Assembly: GCA_037128175.1 (NCBI GenBank)
Contig: JBAXWY010000013.1
Location: forward strand, 1 to 57,548
Direction: 5' to 3'
Source of the DNA: Methanothrix sp.
GTDB lineage: Archaea > Halobacteriota > Methanosarcinia > Methanotrichales > Methanotrichaceae
DNA length: 57,548 nt
In this document: in pieces, positions 49,526 to 57,548 of the stretch
How the letters are laid out: every line of letters starts with the position of its first letter
Numbering within the stretch: the stretch's first letter is position 1
Notes under the pieces: model-generated
The model's input: only the letters and a program-made list of their open reading frames with translations
The model's database searches: none
Told to the model about the DNA's origin: nothing
Position numbers and translations under genes: made by a program

Positions 49526-51904
49526 ATGCCCATTGGTGTTTACGTCTGTCACTGCGGCCTGAATATCGCCGGCGTCTTGAACATGCAAGATCTGAAGAGC
49601 TTTGCCGAGAAGCTGCCCGATGTGGCCGTAGCCCGCGATTTGCAGTTCTCCTGCTCCGACATCGGCCAGGAGCAGATCCAGAAGGATATCGCCGAGCTTA
49701 AGCTTGATCGCGTGGTAGTGGCCGCCTGCTCGCCCCGCCTGCACGAGCCCACCTTTCGCCGGGCGATTGCCAAAGCGGGCCTGAACCCTTACATGCTGGA
49801 GATGGCCAACATCCGGGAACAGTGCTCCTGGGTGCACATGGAGCAACCGGCCATGGCCACAGAGAAAGCCAAGGACCTCATTGCAATGGCCGTGGCCAAA
49901 GCGGAGCTGCTTAAGCCACTGGAGCCGGAGAGCATACCCGTCAGCAAAAACGTGCTGGTCGTGGGGGGAGGCGTGGCCGGCATTGCCGCCGCGCTGGATC
50001 TGGCCGACTCGGGTCTGCATGTTTTCTTAGTGGAGCGACGGCCCACTATTGGCGGCTACATGGCTCTGCTCACGGACGTCTTTCCCACCAACGACTGCTC
50101 TATCTGCGTGCTGGGGCCCAAGATGTCCGAGGTCTACAATCATCCTGATATCACTCTCATCACCTACGCCGAGGTCCTGGGCGTGGAGGGCAGCGTGGGC
50201 AACTTCACAGTCTCCGCTGTTCGCAAAGCACGCTATGTGGATGAGAAGCTTTGCAAAGGCTGCATCAGTGAGTGCGCCGATGTGTGCCCGGTAGAGGTGC
50301 CCAGCGAGTACGACTTTGCCATCGGCAAGAGAAAGGCCATTTATATCCCCTATCCCCAGGCCGTGCCCCTGGTGGCCTGTGTCGATCCCAAGGCCTGCAT
50401 TGGCTGCGCCCGCTGCGTGGAAGCCTGTCCTGCCCAGGCCGTCAAGCTGGACCAGGAGCCCCAGGATTTCAAGCTGAATGTGGGCGCCATCATCGTGGCT
50501 ACCGGCTGGCAGCCCTTCGATGCCACGCGAAAGGAGGAGTACGGCTTTGGCAGGTACAGGGACGTTATCACTACCTTGCAGATGGAGAGGATGCTCAACG
50601 CCTCCGGGCCGACAACGGGAGAAGTGGTGCGCCCCAGCACAGGCAAGATTGCCGAGAGGGTAGCGTTCTTGCAGTGTGTCGGCTCGCGCGACTCGACGGT
50701 CGGAAACCTCTACTGCTCTCGCATCTGCTGCATGGCCTCGCTCAAAAACGCGCAACTGGTCAAGGAGAAGTATCCTCATACCGAGATCACCATCTACTAC
50801 ATCGACATCAGGGCCTGCGGAGAAGGATACGAAGAATTCTACGTGCGGGCCCAGAAGCTGGGCATCAACTTTGTGCGCTCTCGCGTCTCCTGCATCGAAG
50901 AGGTGGAGGGCGAGCTCTTCCTCATCTTTGAGGACACGCAAACAGGCGAGATGAAGAGGGTGAAGCATGATTTGGCCGTCCTCTCCGTGGGATTGGAGCC
51001 GGACAGCAAAGCGGACGTTTTGGGCAATCTGCTGGGACTCTCCCGGAGGCCGGACGGGTTCTTTGAGATAGCCCACCCCAAGATGAGGCCCGTGGAGGCG
51101 CACATCGACGGAGTCTTCATCGCCGGCTGCGCCTCCGGTCCCAAAGAGATTCCCATCTCCATCGCCCAGGGCAGTGCAGCCGCGGCAAAGGCGGTCAAGC
51201 TCCTGCATAAAGGCGTGCTGGAGCTGGAGCCCACCTCGGCCTATGTCGATCCGGAAAAGTGCATCAAGTGCAAGCTGTGTGTCGATCTCTGTCCCAAGAA
51301 GGCCATAGCCGTGAAAAGCCCGGCCTACGTGGATGAGGCAGCCTGCAAAGGGTGCGGCTCATGTGCCGCCGCCTGTCCAGTTGACGCCATAAACATGCGC
51401 TTCTTCTCCGACGAGCAGATCATGGCCCAGGTGCGGGCCGCCACAGAGGTAAAGAGAGAGTTTCCCCTCATTGTGGCCTTCCTTTGCAACTGGTGCAGCT
51501 ACGGAGCGGCTGATCTGGCCGGAACGGCGCGCATCCAGTACCCGACCAACGCTCGCAACATCCGGGTGATGTGCTCGGCGCGCGTGGACCCAAGCTTCAT
51601 ACTGGAGGCCCTCCGTCGAGGTGCCGATGGAGTGCTCATCGCCGGCTGCCGCATTGGCGAATGCCACTACCGGGATGGCAACTATCAGGCCCTGCAAAGG
51701 GTGAACGTGCTCAAAGGCGTCCTGGAGAAGATAGGCCTTGGTCCGGGAAGAGTCAAGATCGTCTGGTGTGCCGCCAGCGAGGGCGAGATTTATGCAAAGG
51801 ATCTCAGGGATTTCATAGGCGAGCTGAAAGCCATGGGCCCCATCGGAACGGAGCTGAAAAAGAAAAGGGCGGAAGAGAAGAATGGGGAGACTGCACTTCC
51901 ATGA
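49526..51904 (+). CDS. hdrA: Heterodisulfide reductase subunit A fused to MvhD
   Basis: GVYVCHCG, ACSPR.HE, NIREQCSWVH, VGGGVAG, QCVGSRD; C-terminal FLCNWCSY..ADLAG, GC..GECHY. Confidence 0.96.
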   Translation: MPIGVYVCHCGLNIAGVLNMQDLKSFAEKLPDVAVARDLQFSCSDIGQEQIQKDIAELKLDRVVVAACSPRLHEPTFRRAIAKAGLNPYMLEMANIREQCSWVHMEQPAMATEKAKDLIAMAVAKAELLKPLEPESIPVSKNVLVVGGGVAGIAAALDLADSGLHVFLVERRPTIGGYMALLTDVFPTNDCSICVLGPKMSEVYNHPDITLITYAEVLGVEGSVGNFTVSAVRKARYVDEKLCKGCISECADVCPVEVPSEYDFAIGKRKAIYIPYPQAVPLVACVDPKACIGCARCVEACPAQAVKLDQEPQDFKLNVGAIIVATGWQPFDATRKEEYGFGRYRDVITTLQMERMLNASGPTTGEVVRPSTGKIAERVAFLQCVGSRDSTVGNLYCSRICCMASLKNAQLVKEKYPHTEITIYYIDIRACGEGYEEFYVRAQKLGINFVRSRVSCIEEVEGELFLIFEDTQTGEMKRVKHDLAVLSVGLEPDSKADVLGNLLGLSRRPDGFFEIAHPKMRPVEAHIDGVFIAGCASGPKEIPISIAQGSAAAAKAVKLLHKGVLELEPTSAYVDPEKCIKCKLCVDLCPKKAIAVKSPAYVDEAACKGCGSCAAACPVDAINMRFFSDEQIMAQVRAATEVKREFPLIVAFLCNWCSYGAADLAGTARIQYPTNARNIRVMCSARVDPSFILEALRRGADGVLIAGCRIGECHYRDGNYQALQRVNVLKGVLEKIGLGPGRVKIVWCAASEGEIYAKDLRDFIGELKAMGPIGTELKKKRAEEKNGETALP

Positions 51905-52239
51905 TGGAAATACAGAAAGATATGGATGCAGAAGGTACTCACATTCTGGCCAAACAGAAGACCAAAGAGCGAGAGATCGTCCTCGATTACGATTATAAAA
52001 AGTGCGCGGGCTGCTCCATCTGTGTAGCTCTCTGCCCGAAAAAAGCGCTGCAAGAGGGGCCATTGCAGGAGATTGCCAAGGGCCTGGACGCGCCGCCCGT
52101 GCTCATCGATCTGGATGCGTGTGCCTTTTGCGGCATGTGCGTCAATTTCTGTCCCATGAAGGCCTTTAAGATGACTGTGCGAGAAAGAAAAGCCCAGGAT
52201 GCGGCAGAAGCTGCAGGACCGTCGGAGGCCCAGGCATGA
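51901..52239 (+). CDS. 2x[4Fe-4S] ferredoxin-like protein
   Basis: CAGCSICVALCP, CAFCGMCVNFCP; ATGA overlap with hdrA; start trimmed. Confidence 0.9.
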   Translation: MMEIQKDMDAEGTHILAKQKTKEREIVLDYDYKKCAGCSICVALCPKKALQEGPLQEIAKGLDAPPVLIDLDACAFCGMCVNFCPMKAFKMTVRERKAQDAAEAAGPSEAQA

Positions 52240-53393
52240 CGGACTCGACGAAAGTGGTAGATGCGGCAGAAGCGACAGAGGTGACGGAAAAAACGGGTGA
52301 AGCAAATGGGATGGAAAAAGTTGTGGATTTCATAAAGCAGGAGCAGTATCCCCGGCTGCTGGCAGAGGCCCTGCCTAACGAAAAATGCCTGCCCTGCCTG
52401 CTCTGCGAGCCTGTTTGCCCCACCAAGGCCATAAAGGTCACTTTCAATAAAACACGCGAAGACTATGGCCCCCTGCGCCCGGAAATAAAGGGCAATATCG
52501 CCATCGATGCCGAGAAGTGCAATCTTTGCGGCCGGTGCGCCAAATTCTGCAAGGCCTTTCTGTTGCTGGATAAGGGCGAGAAAGAGAAAGATCCCCGCAA
52601 TCTGGTGCCCTATGAGCAGCTCCTGGTGGACGAGGAGCTTTGCGACTACTGCGGCCTATGCGTGCCCCTTTGTCCTGAGGAAGCGATAAAAGTAGAGGGT
52701 GAGCCCTTAGACTTAGCAGTGCTACCAGAGTCGGAAAAAGATTTTGCGGGCAAGATCGAGATCGATCAGGACCTGTGCATAGGCTGCGGCAGATGTGCAG
52801 AGGTCTGTCCCTACGAGGCCATGGATATTAAAAAGCCCTTCCAGGGCGATATAAAGCTGGTTGAAAAGAACCTGGTGCGCTGCGATCCTCTGGGCTGCCA
52901 GGCCTGCTTCAATGTCTGCCCTGCCAAGTGCTGGTATGTGGACGAGCGGGGAAAGGCAGCGCCGGTCAAAGATCAGTGCATCTTTTGCGGGGCATGCGAG
53001 AAAGCCTGTCCCGTCTCAGCCATAAAGGTCGAGCGGTCCGACGTCAGGCACACGGAGATAAAGGATACTCCCTGGGCCGAGGAGTGGAAGCAGGCCATCT
53101 CCGCCATAAAGACCGGGGAGCGGCTGCGCCCGGATGTGAGCGGGGCCGTCTCTCCGCCGGACATTGAACGCCAGCCCCTGCAAGCACCCGAGAAACCGAA
53201 GATCGATCCCGAGCTGCTGCGGCTGGTGGATGAAGCCCTATCGCCGCTGGAGAACCTGCTGAGAAAGCCAAAAGTTCGGCAAATTTTCGAGAAGGAGTCT
53301 GCCGAAGAGGCCAGCCGGAAGATTGTAGAACGGCTGCACAAAGATGAGGCCAAGAAAGCTGCGGCCACGGGCAGCAGTGAGGGGGCGACGTGA
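52236..53393 (+). CDS. Polyferredoxin (FwdF-like)
   Basis: Six CxxCxxCxxxC(P)-type motifs. Confidence 0.9.
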   Translation: MTDSTKVVDAAEATEVTEKTGEANGMEKVVDFIKQEQYPRLLAEALPNEKCLPCLLCEPVCPTKAIKVTFNKTREDYGPLRPEIKGNIAIDAEKCNLCGRCAKFCKAFLLLDKGEKEKDPRNLVPYEQLLVDEELCDYCGLCVPLCPEEAIKVEGEPLDLAVLPESEKDFAGKIEIDQDLCIGCGRCAEVCPYEAMDIKKPFQGDIKLVEKNLVRCDPLGCQACFNVCPAKCWYVDERGKAAPVKDQCIFCGACEKACPVSAIKVERSDVRHTEIKDTPWAEEWKQAISAIKTGERLRPDVSGAVSPPDIERQPLQAPEKPKIDPELLRLVDEALSPLENLLRKPKVRQIFEKESAEEASRKIVERLHKDEAKKAAATGSSEGAT

Positions 53394-53920
53394 AAATGGT
53401 CAGAGATGAACAGTTCAAGCAAGAGGTGCTGCGCCTGGCCGGGCAGGAGGTATTGACCTGCATTCAGTGCGGCACCTGCTCTGCCAGTTGCCCTACGGCG
53501 AACCTCATGAACCCCAGCATCCGAAAGTTAATCAAGTTCTGCCTGGAGGGCAAAAAGGAGGCTTTGCACAATGAGACTCTGTGGCTGTGCACCTCCTGCT
53601 TGCTTTGCACGGTTCGCTGCCCGCGGGGTATCCGGCCTAAAGCTGTGGTCTCAGCTCTAAAGGACATTGCCGAGCGAGAGGGGCAGCGGGGCAAGGACGC
53701 AGCTTACGAGGAATTCTTCCTAAAACAGATCAGCGACTATGGCCGCATCGCAGAGCTGGAGCTGACCGGGCAGTTTCTGCTCGTCTATCCTCAGGGAGCG
53801 GTGCAGTCCATGCAGATGGGCCTGGAGCTGCTGACCAAGGGCAAGATCGGCCTGGAGATTGAGAAGATCATGGGCAGAGATGAGGTCAAGAGGATCGTTG
53901 AGGAGCTCTGGAAAGAATGA
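53390..53920 (+). CDS. hdrC: Heterodisulfide reductase subunit C
   Basis: CIQCGTCSASCP, LWLCTSCLLCTVRCPRGI. Confidence 0.93.
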   Translation: MKMVRDEQFKQEVLRLAGQEVLTCIQCGTCSASCPTANLMNPSIRKLIKFCLEGKKEALHNETLWLCTSCLLCTVRCPRGIRPKAVVSALKDIAEREGQRGKDAAYEEFFLKQISDYGRIAELELTGQFLLVYPQGAVQSMQMGLELLTKGKIGLEIEKIMGRDEVKRIVEELWKE

Positions 53921-54765
53921 AGCAGGCTTACTATCCAGGCTGCGTCTCCAAATCGACGGGAAAGGAGATGGACGCTTCCACGCGGGCGGTATGCGCGGCT
54001 CTGGGAATTGAGCTCGTGGAACTTCCGGACTGGAACTGCTGCGGGGCGACGCATGTTTCCAATGAGCTGGTGGCTACGGGCCTGGCGGCTCGCAACATGG
54101 CCCAAACCGATCTGGAGATCATTACCAGCTGCTCCATCTGCTACAGCAACTTGCACGCCGCTGCGCAGAGGCTGGAGGAGCCGGAGGTCCGGGAAAAAGT
54201 GAACGCCGTGCTGGACAAAAAGTACAGCGGCGCCAAAATTCGCCACGCTCTTGATGTCATTTTAGAGGCCCTGACCGAAGGCGATGAGAGGATCGTGGTG
54301 CCCCTCAAAGAGCTAAAAGTCGCCCCATACTACGGCTGCCTGCTCACTCGCCCCCAGGGCGTCTACAGCCCGCAGTTTCCAACGATCCTGGAAAAGCTGA
54401 TCAAGAGGCTGCAGGCGGAACCGGTGGACTTCCGGCTCAAGACCTTTTGCTGCGGCGGGCCCATCTTCATGCCCCAGGAGAAGGCGGCAGATGACATCGC
54501 TTTTAGGATACTGTCGGAAGCCAAAAAGGCCGGAGCGGAGGTCATCGTCACAGTGTGCCCTCTCTGCCATCTCATGCTCGATGCCAAGCAGAAGGTGCTT
54601 GAGCAAAAGCACGGGGAGAAGATAGAAATTCCAGTGCTCTACGTGACGCAACTGGCGGGCATTGCCCTGGGCCTGGGGCCGGAGGAGCTGGGGCTCAACA
54701 TGAACTGCGTGTCACCCATGGCGATGGTGGAGAGGGTGTACGAGAGGATGGGGAATCAGGGATAG
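53917..54765 (+). CDS. hdrB: Heterodisulfide reductase subunit B
   Basis: YYPGC, WNCCGA, YYGCLL.RP, CCGG, CPLCHLMLD CCG domains. Confidence 0.94.
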   Translation: MKQAYYPGCVSKSTGKEMDASTRAVCAALGIELVELPDWNCCGATHVSNELVATGLAARNMAQTDLEIITSCSICYSNLHAAAQRLEEPEVREKVNAVLDKKYSGAKIRHALDVILEALTEGDERIVVPLKELKVAPYYGCLLTRPQGVYSPQFPTILEKLIKRLQAEPVDFRLKTFCCGGPIFMPQEKAADDIAFRILSEAKKAGAEVIVTVCPLCHLMLDAKQKVLEQKHGEKIEIPVLYVTQLAGIALGLGPEELGLNMNCVSPMAMVERVYERMGNQG

Positions 54766-54818
54766 CTTTGAGCAAGTGTGATTGACCCTGCATCGATGCT
54801 TTGACGTAACTAGAAAAC

Positions 54819-57548
54819 ATGCAATTCAATTTCTTGAACTGTTTATTGGGCGGTTTTATTGGATGTGTTCGACTCTTGTGGCGCAATTGTTTTAAGGTCA
54901 TCATTCCAACAAGTTTTTGGAGGAATTATGAGCTGAATGCCGTCATTTGCTTTTCATTACTCGTAATTTTATTTTCAGCTTTATCCACGGAAGGAGAGAA
55001 TTCTTCGGAATGGCTAGATCGAGGCGAATCTCTGATTGATAGGGGCCAACAGGAAGAAGCCTTCCTGGCCTACGAAAAGGCCATCGAGCTTGATCCTAAA
55101 AATGCAATGGCTTGGATCGGAAAAGGCGTTGCTCTCTATGACCAGGGCAAATACGATGAGGCTATACAGGCCTATGACGAGGCCATTGAACTCGATCCCA
55201 AATTTGCATGGCCTTGGAACAACAAAGGCAATGTTCTCGATGCCCAGGGCAAGTACAATGAGGCCATCCAGGCCTACGAAAAGGCCATCGAGCTTGATCC
55301 TAAAGATGCAATGGCTTGGAACGGAAAAGGCGCAGCTCTCTATGACCAAGGCAAATACGATGAGGCTATACAGGCCTATGACGAGGCCATCGAGCTCGAT
55401 CCCAAATTTGCATGGCCTTGGAACAACAAAGGCATTGTTCTCGATGCCCAGGGCAAGTACAATGAGGCCATCCAGGCCTATGACGAGGCCATCGAGCTCG
55501 ATCCCAAATTTGCAGTGGCTTGGGACAGCAAAGGTGATATCTTAAACGACCTAAATAGGGTAGATGAAGCACTGAACGCCTATGATAAGGCGACAAAACT
55601 CAATAATAGTTCCGCATTATATTGGTCTGACAAAGGTTGGGCCCTTCAAGAGCTAAATCGATATGAAGAAGCGCTGCAAGCTTATGATAGCGCTACGAAA
55701 CTTGATCCAAGTTACGATAGGGCTTGGGTCGGCAAAGGTTCTGCCCTGCTCAATTTAGGATATGTTCAAGAGGCACTAAACGCTTCTGAGAACGCTACGA
55801 AGCTTGATCCAAATTACCCGGACGCTTGGTACATAAGAGGCAGAGCCCTTGAAAATCTAAATCGGAACGATGAGGCGCTTCAAGCTTATGATAACGCTAC
55901 GAGACTTGATCCAAATTACGCTGAGGCTTGGGACCACAAAGGTGCAATCCTGCTCGATTATTCAGGACATTTTCAAGAGGCGCTAAACGCTTTTGAGAAC
56001 GCCACAAGGCTCAATCCAGATCTTGTTGAAGCTTGGGACGGCAGAGGTAGAGCCCTCCGAAATCTAAATCGGAACGATGAGGCGCTGCAAGCTTATGGAA
56101 ATGCGATACAAATTGATTCGAATTATTCAGTGGCTTGGTTCAATATTGGTGCGGTCCAATTAGATTCAGGACGTTTTCAAGAGGCACTTGACGCTTTTGA
56201 GAACGCCACAAGGCTTAATCCAGATTTTGCTGAAGCTTGGGACGGCAGAGGCAGAGCTCTCCAAAATTTAAATCGGATAGATGAGGCGCTACAAGCTTAT
56301 GGAAATGCTATACAAATTGATCCGAATTATTCAGCGGCTTGGTTCGGCAGAGGTCTAGCCCTCGAAAATTTAGATCGATCTGATGAGGCTCTGTTGGCTT
56401 TAGAGAATGACATACTAATTTATCCAAATATTTCAATTGCCTGGTTTAACAAAGGGTTATATCTATATGATTTAGAACGAAATGAAGAATCTCTATTGGC
56501 CTTAGAGAATGCCACACGAATTGATCCAAATCTTTTAAAGGCCTGGGTGTGTAAAGCTGCAAATTTAAACCAATTAGGGCGAACCGGAGATTCATTATTG
56601 GCCTTAGAAAATGCCACACGAATTGATCCAAATCTATCAATAGCGTGGAGTGGCAAGGGTTTGGCACTCAAAAAGCTAAAACGGTATGATGAGGCGCTCC
56701 AAGCTTATGAAAAAGCTATACTAATTGATCCAAATGATCCATGGAATTGGTACATCAAAGGTAATTCTTTGGCTGACTTGGATAGAGTCGGAGAAGCACT
56801 GAACGCCTATGATGAGGCGACTAAACTCAATAATAGTTCTGCTATTTACTGGGCAAACAAAGGTTGGGCACTCAAAAAATTAAAACGATACAAAGAGGAG
56901 TTGCAGGCTTATGATAACGCTACAAAGCTTGATCCAAATTATGCAGATGCTTGGAACGGCAAAGGAAATGCTTTAGATAATCTGGATAGAATAGATGAAG
57001 CGTTGAACGCCTATGATGAGGCTATTAGACTCAACAATAGTTCTGCGGTTTACTGGGCAGACAAAGGTTGGATAGTTAAGAAGCAAAAAAGATATGTAGA
57101 GGCCATGCAAGCGTTTGATAATGCTACAATGCTCGATCCAAATTATGCCTTTGCCTGGAATGGCAAAGGCGCTGCGTTAGGCCAGCTGAATAGATTAGAT
57201 GATGCTCTGAATGCCTACGATGAAGCGATCAGACTCGATAATAGTTCTGCATATTATTTGGCGGGAAAGGGTTGGGCACTGCTGAAATTAGAACGATATG
57301 ATGATGCGCTGCATGTTTATGATAACGCTACAAAGCTTGATCCAAATTACGCTGAGGCTTGGAATGGCAAAGGCGATACGTTAGGCTACCTAAATAGGAT
57401 AGATGAAGCACTGAACGCCTACGATGAGGCTGTTAGACTCGACAATAGTTCTGCAATTTACTGGGCTAATAAAGGTTGGGCACTTAAAGAGTTAAAACGA
57501 TATGATGAGGCTCTGCAAGCTTATGATAACGCTACTGTGCTTGATTCA
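54819..57548 (+). CDS. Large secreted tetratricopeptide-repeat protein, runs off window (start uncertain)
   Basis: 102-nt (34-aa) repeats AW..KG..L....Y.EA..AYD.A..LDP; hydrophobic stretch AVICFSLLVILFSAL before the first TPR; absent from ORF track as no stop in window. Confidence 0.88.
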   Translation, partial: MQFNFLNCLLGGFIGCVRLLWRNCFKVIIPTSFWRNYELNAVICFSLLVILFSALSTEGENSSEWLDRGESLIDRGQQEEAFLAYEKAIELDPKNAMAWIGKGVALYDQGKYDEAIQAYDEAIELDPKFAWPWNNKGNVLDAQGKYNEAIQAYEKAIELDPKDAMAWNGKGAALYDQGKYDEAIQAYDEAIELDPKFAWPWNNKGIVLDAQGKYNEAIQAYDEAIELDPKFAVAWDSKGDILNDLNRVDEALNAYDKATKLNNSSALYWSDKGWALQELNRYEEALQAYDSATKLDPSYDRAWVGKGSALLNLGYVQEALNASENATKLDPNYPDAWYIRGRALENLNRNDEALQAYDNATRLDPNYAEAWDHKGAILLDYSGHFQEALNAFENATRLNPDLVEAWDGRGRALRNLNRNDEALQAYGNAIQIDSNYSVAWFNIGAVQLDSGRFQEALDAFENATRLNPDFAEAWDGRGRALQNLNRIDEALQAYGNAIQIDPNYSAAWFGRGLALENLDRSDEALLALENDILIYPNISIAWFNKGLYLYDLERNEESLLALENATRIDPNLLKAWVCKAANLNQLGRTGDSLLALENATRIDPNLSIAWSGKGLALKKLKRYDEALQAYEKAILIDPNDPWNWYIKGNSLADLDRVGEALNAYDEATKLNNSSAIYWANKGWALKKLKRYKEELQAYDNATKLDPNYADAWNGKGNALDNLDRIDEALNAYDEAIRLNNSSAVYWADKGWIVKKQKRYVEAMQAFDNATMLDPNYAFAWNGKGAALGQLNRLDDALNAYDEAIRLDNSSAYYLAGKGWALLKLERYDDALHVYDNATKLDPNYAEAWNGKGDTLGYLNRIDEALNAYDEAVRLDNSSAIYWANKGWALKELKRYDEALQAYDNATVLDS

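Noticed and set aside
49526-54765. Selenocysteine or pyrrolysine recoding in hdr/mvhD genes
   Set aside because: All frames are open with Cys at the motif positions; no in-frame TGA or TAG needed
55014-56671. Short ORFs listed in the TPR region
   Set aside because: Alternate-frame or antisense shadows of one long TPR CDS that has no stop in the window

Overview
Archaeal methanogen chromosome segment, most consistent with Methanothrix/Methanosarcinales (MC1 chromatin protein, DUF1699, DUF1890/1894, HdrA-MvhD fusion). The taxonomy is inferred from gene content. The core content is aroD/aroB', a UbiD decarboxylase, ftsZ, tbp, a SAMP/MoaE/UbaA cluster, ahcY, spt5-rpl11-rpl1-rplP0-rpl12, endA, the full L3-to-secY-cmk-cbf5 ribosomal superoperon, an hdrA(mvhD)-ferredoxin-polyferredoxin-hdrCB operon, and two intron-containing tRNAs (Arg-TCG, Ser-GGA). 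Accessory patches are: (i) an IS200/IS605 tnpB-only left end at the window start; (ii) an island between the 3' ends of the two convergent tRNAs, carrying a double EVE/PUA-like plus HNH nuclease whose stop overlaps a type IIG R-M C-terminal scar; (iii) a co-oriented TIR-Zn-ribbon plus NACHT-pentapeptide pair, the best candidate for an undescribed archaeal NLR-like immune module; (iv) a secreted TPR protein running off the end. Also found are a dispersed CACAGAG palindromic repeat family, a highly divergent GAPDH paralog, and several small ORFs missing from the ORF track. No CRISPR array was seen. All family calls come from motif recognition by eye; no searches were run.
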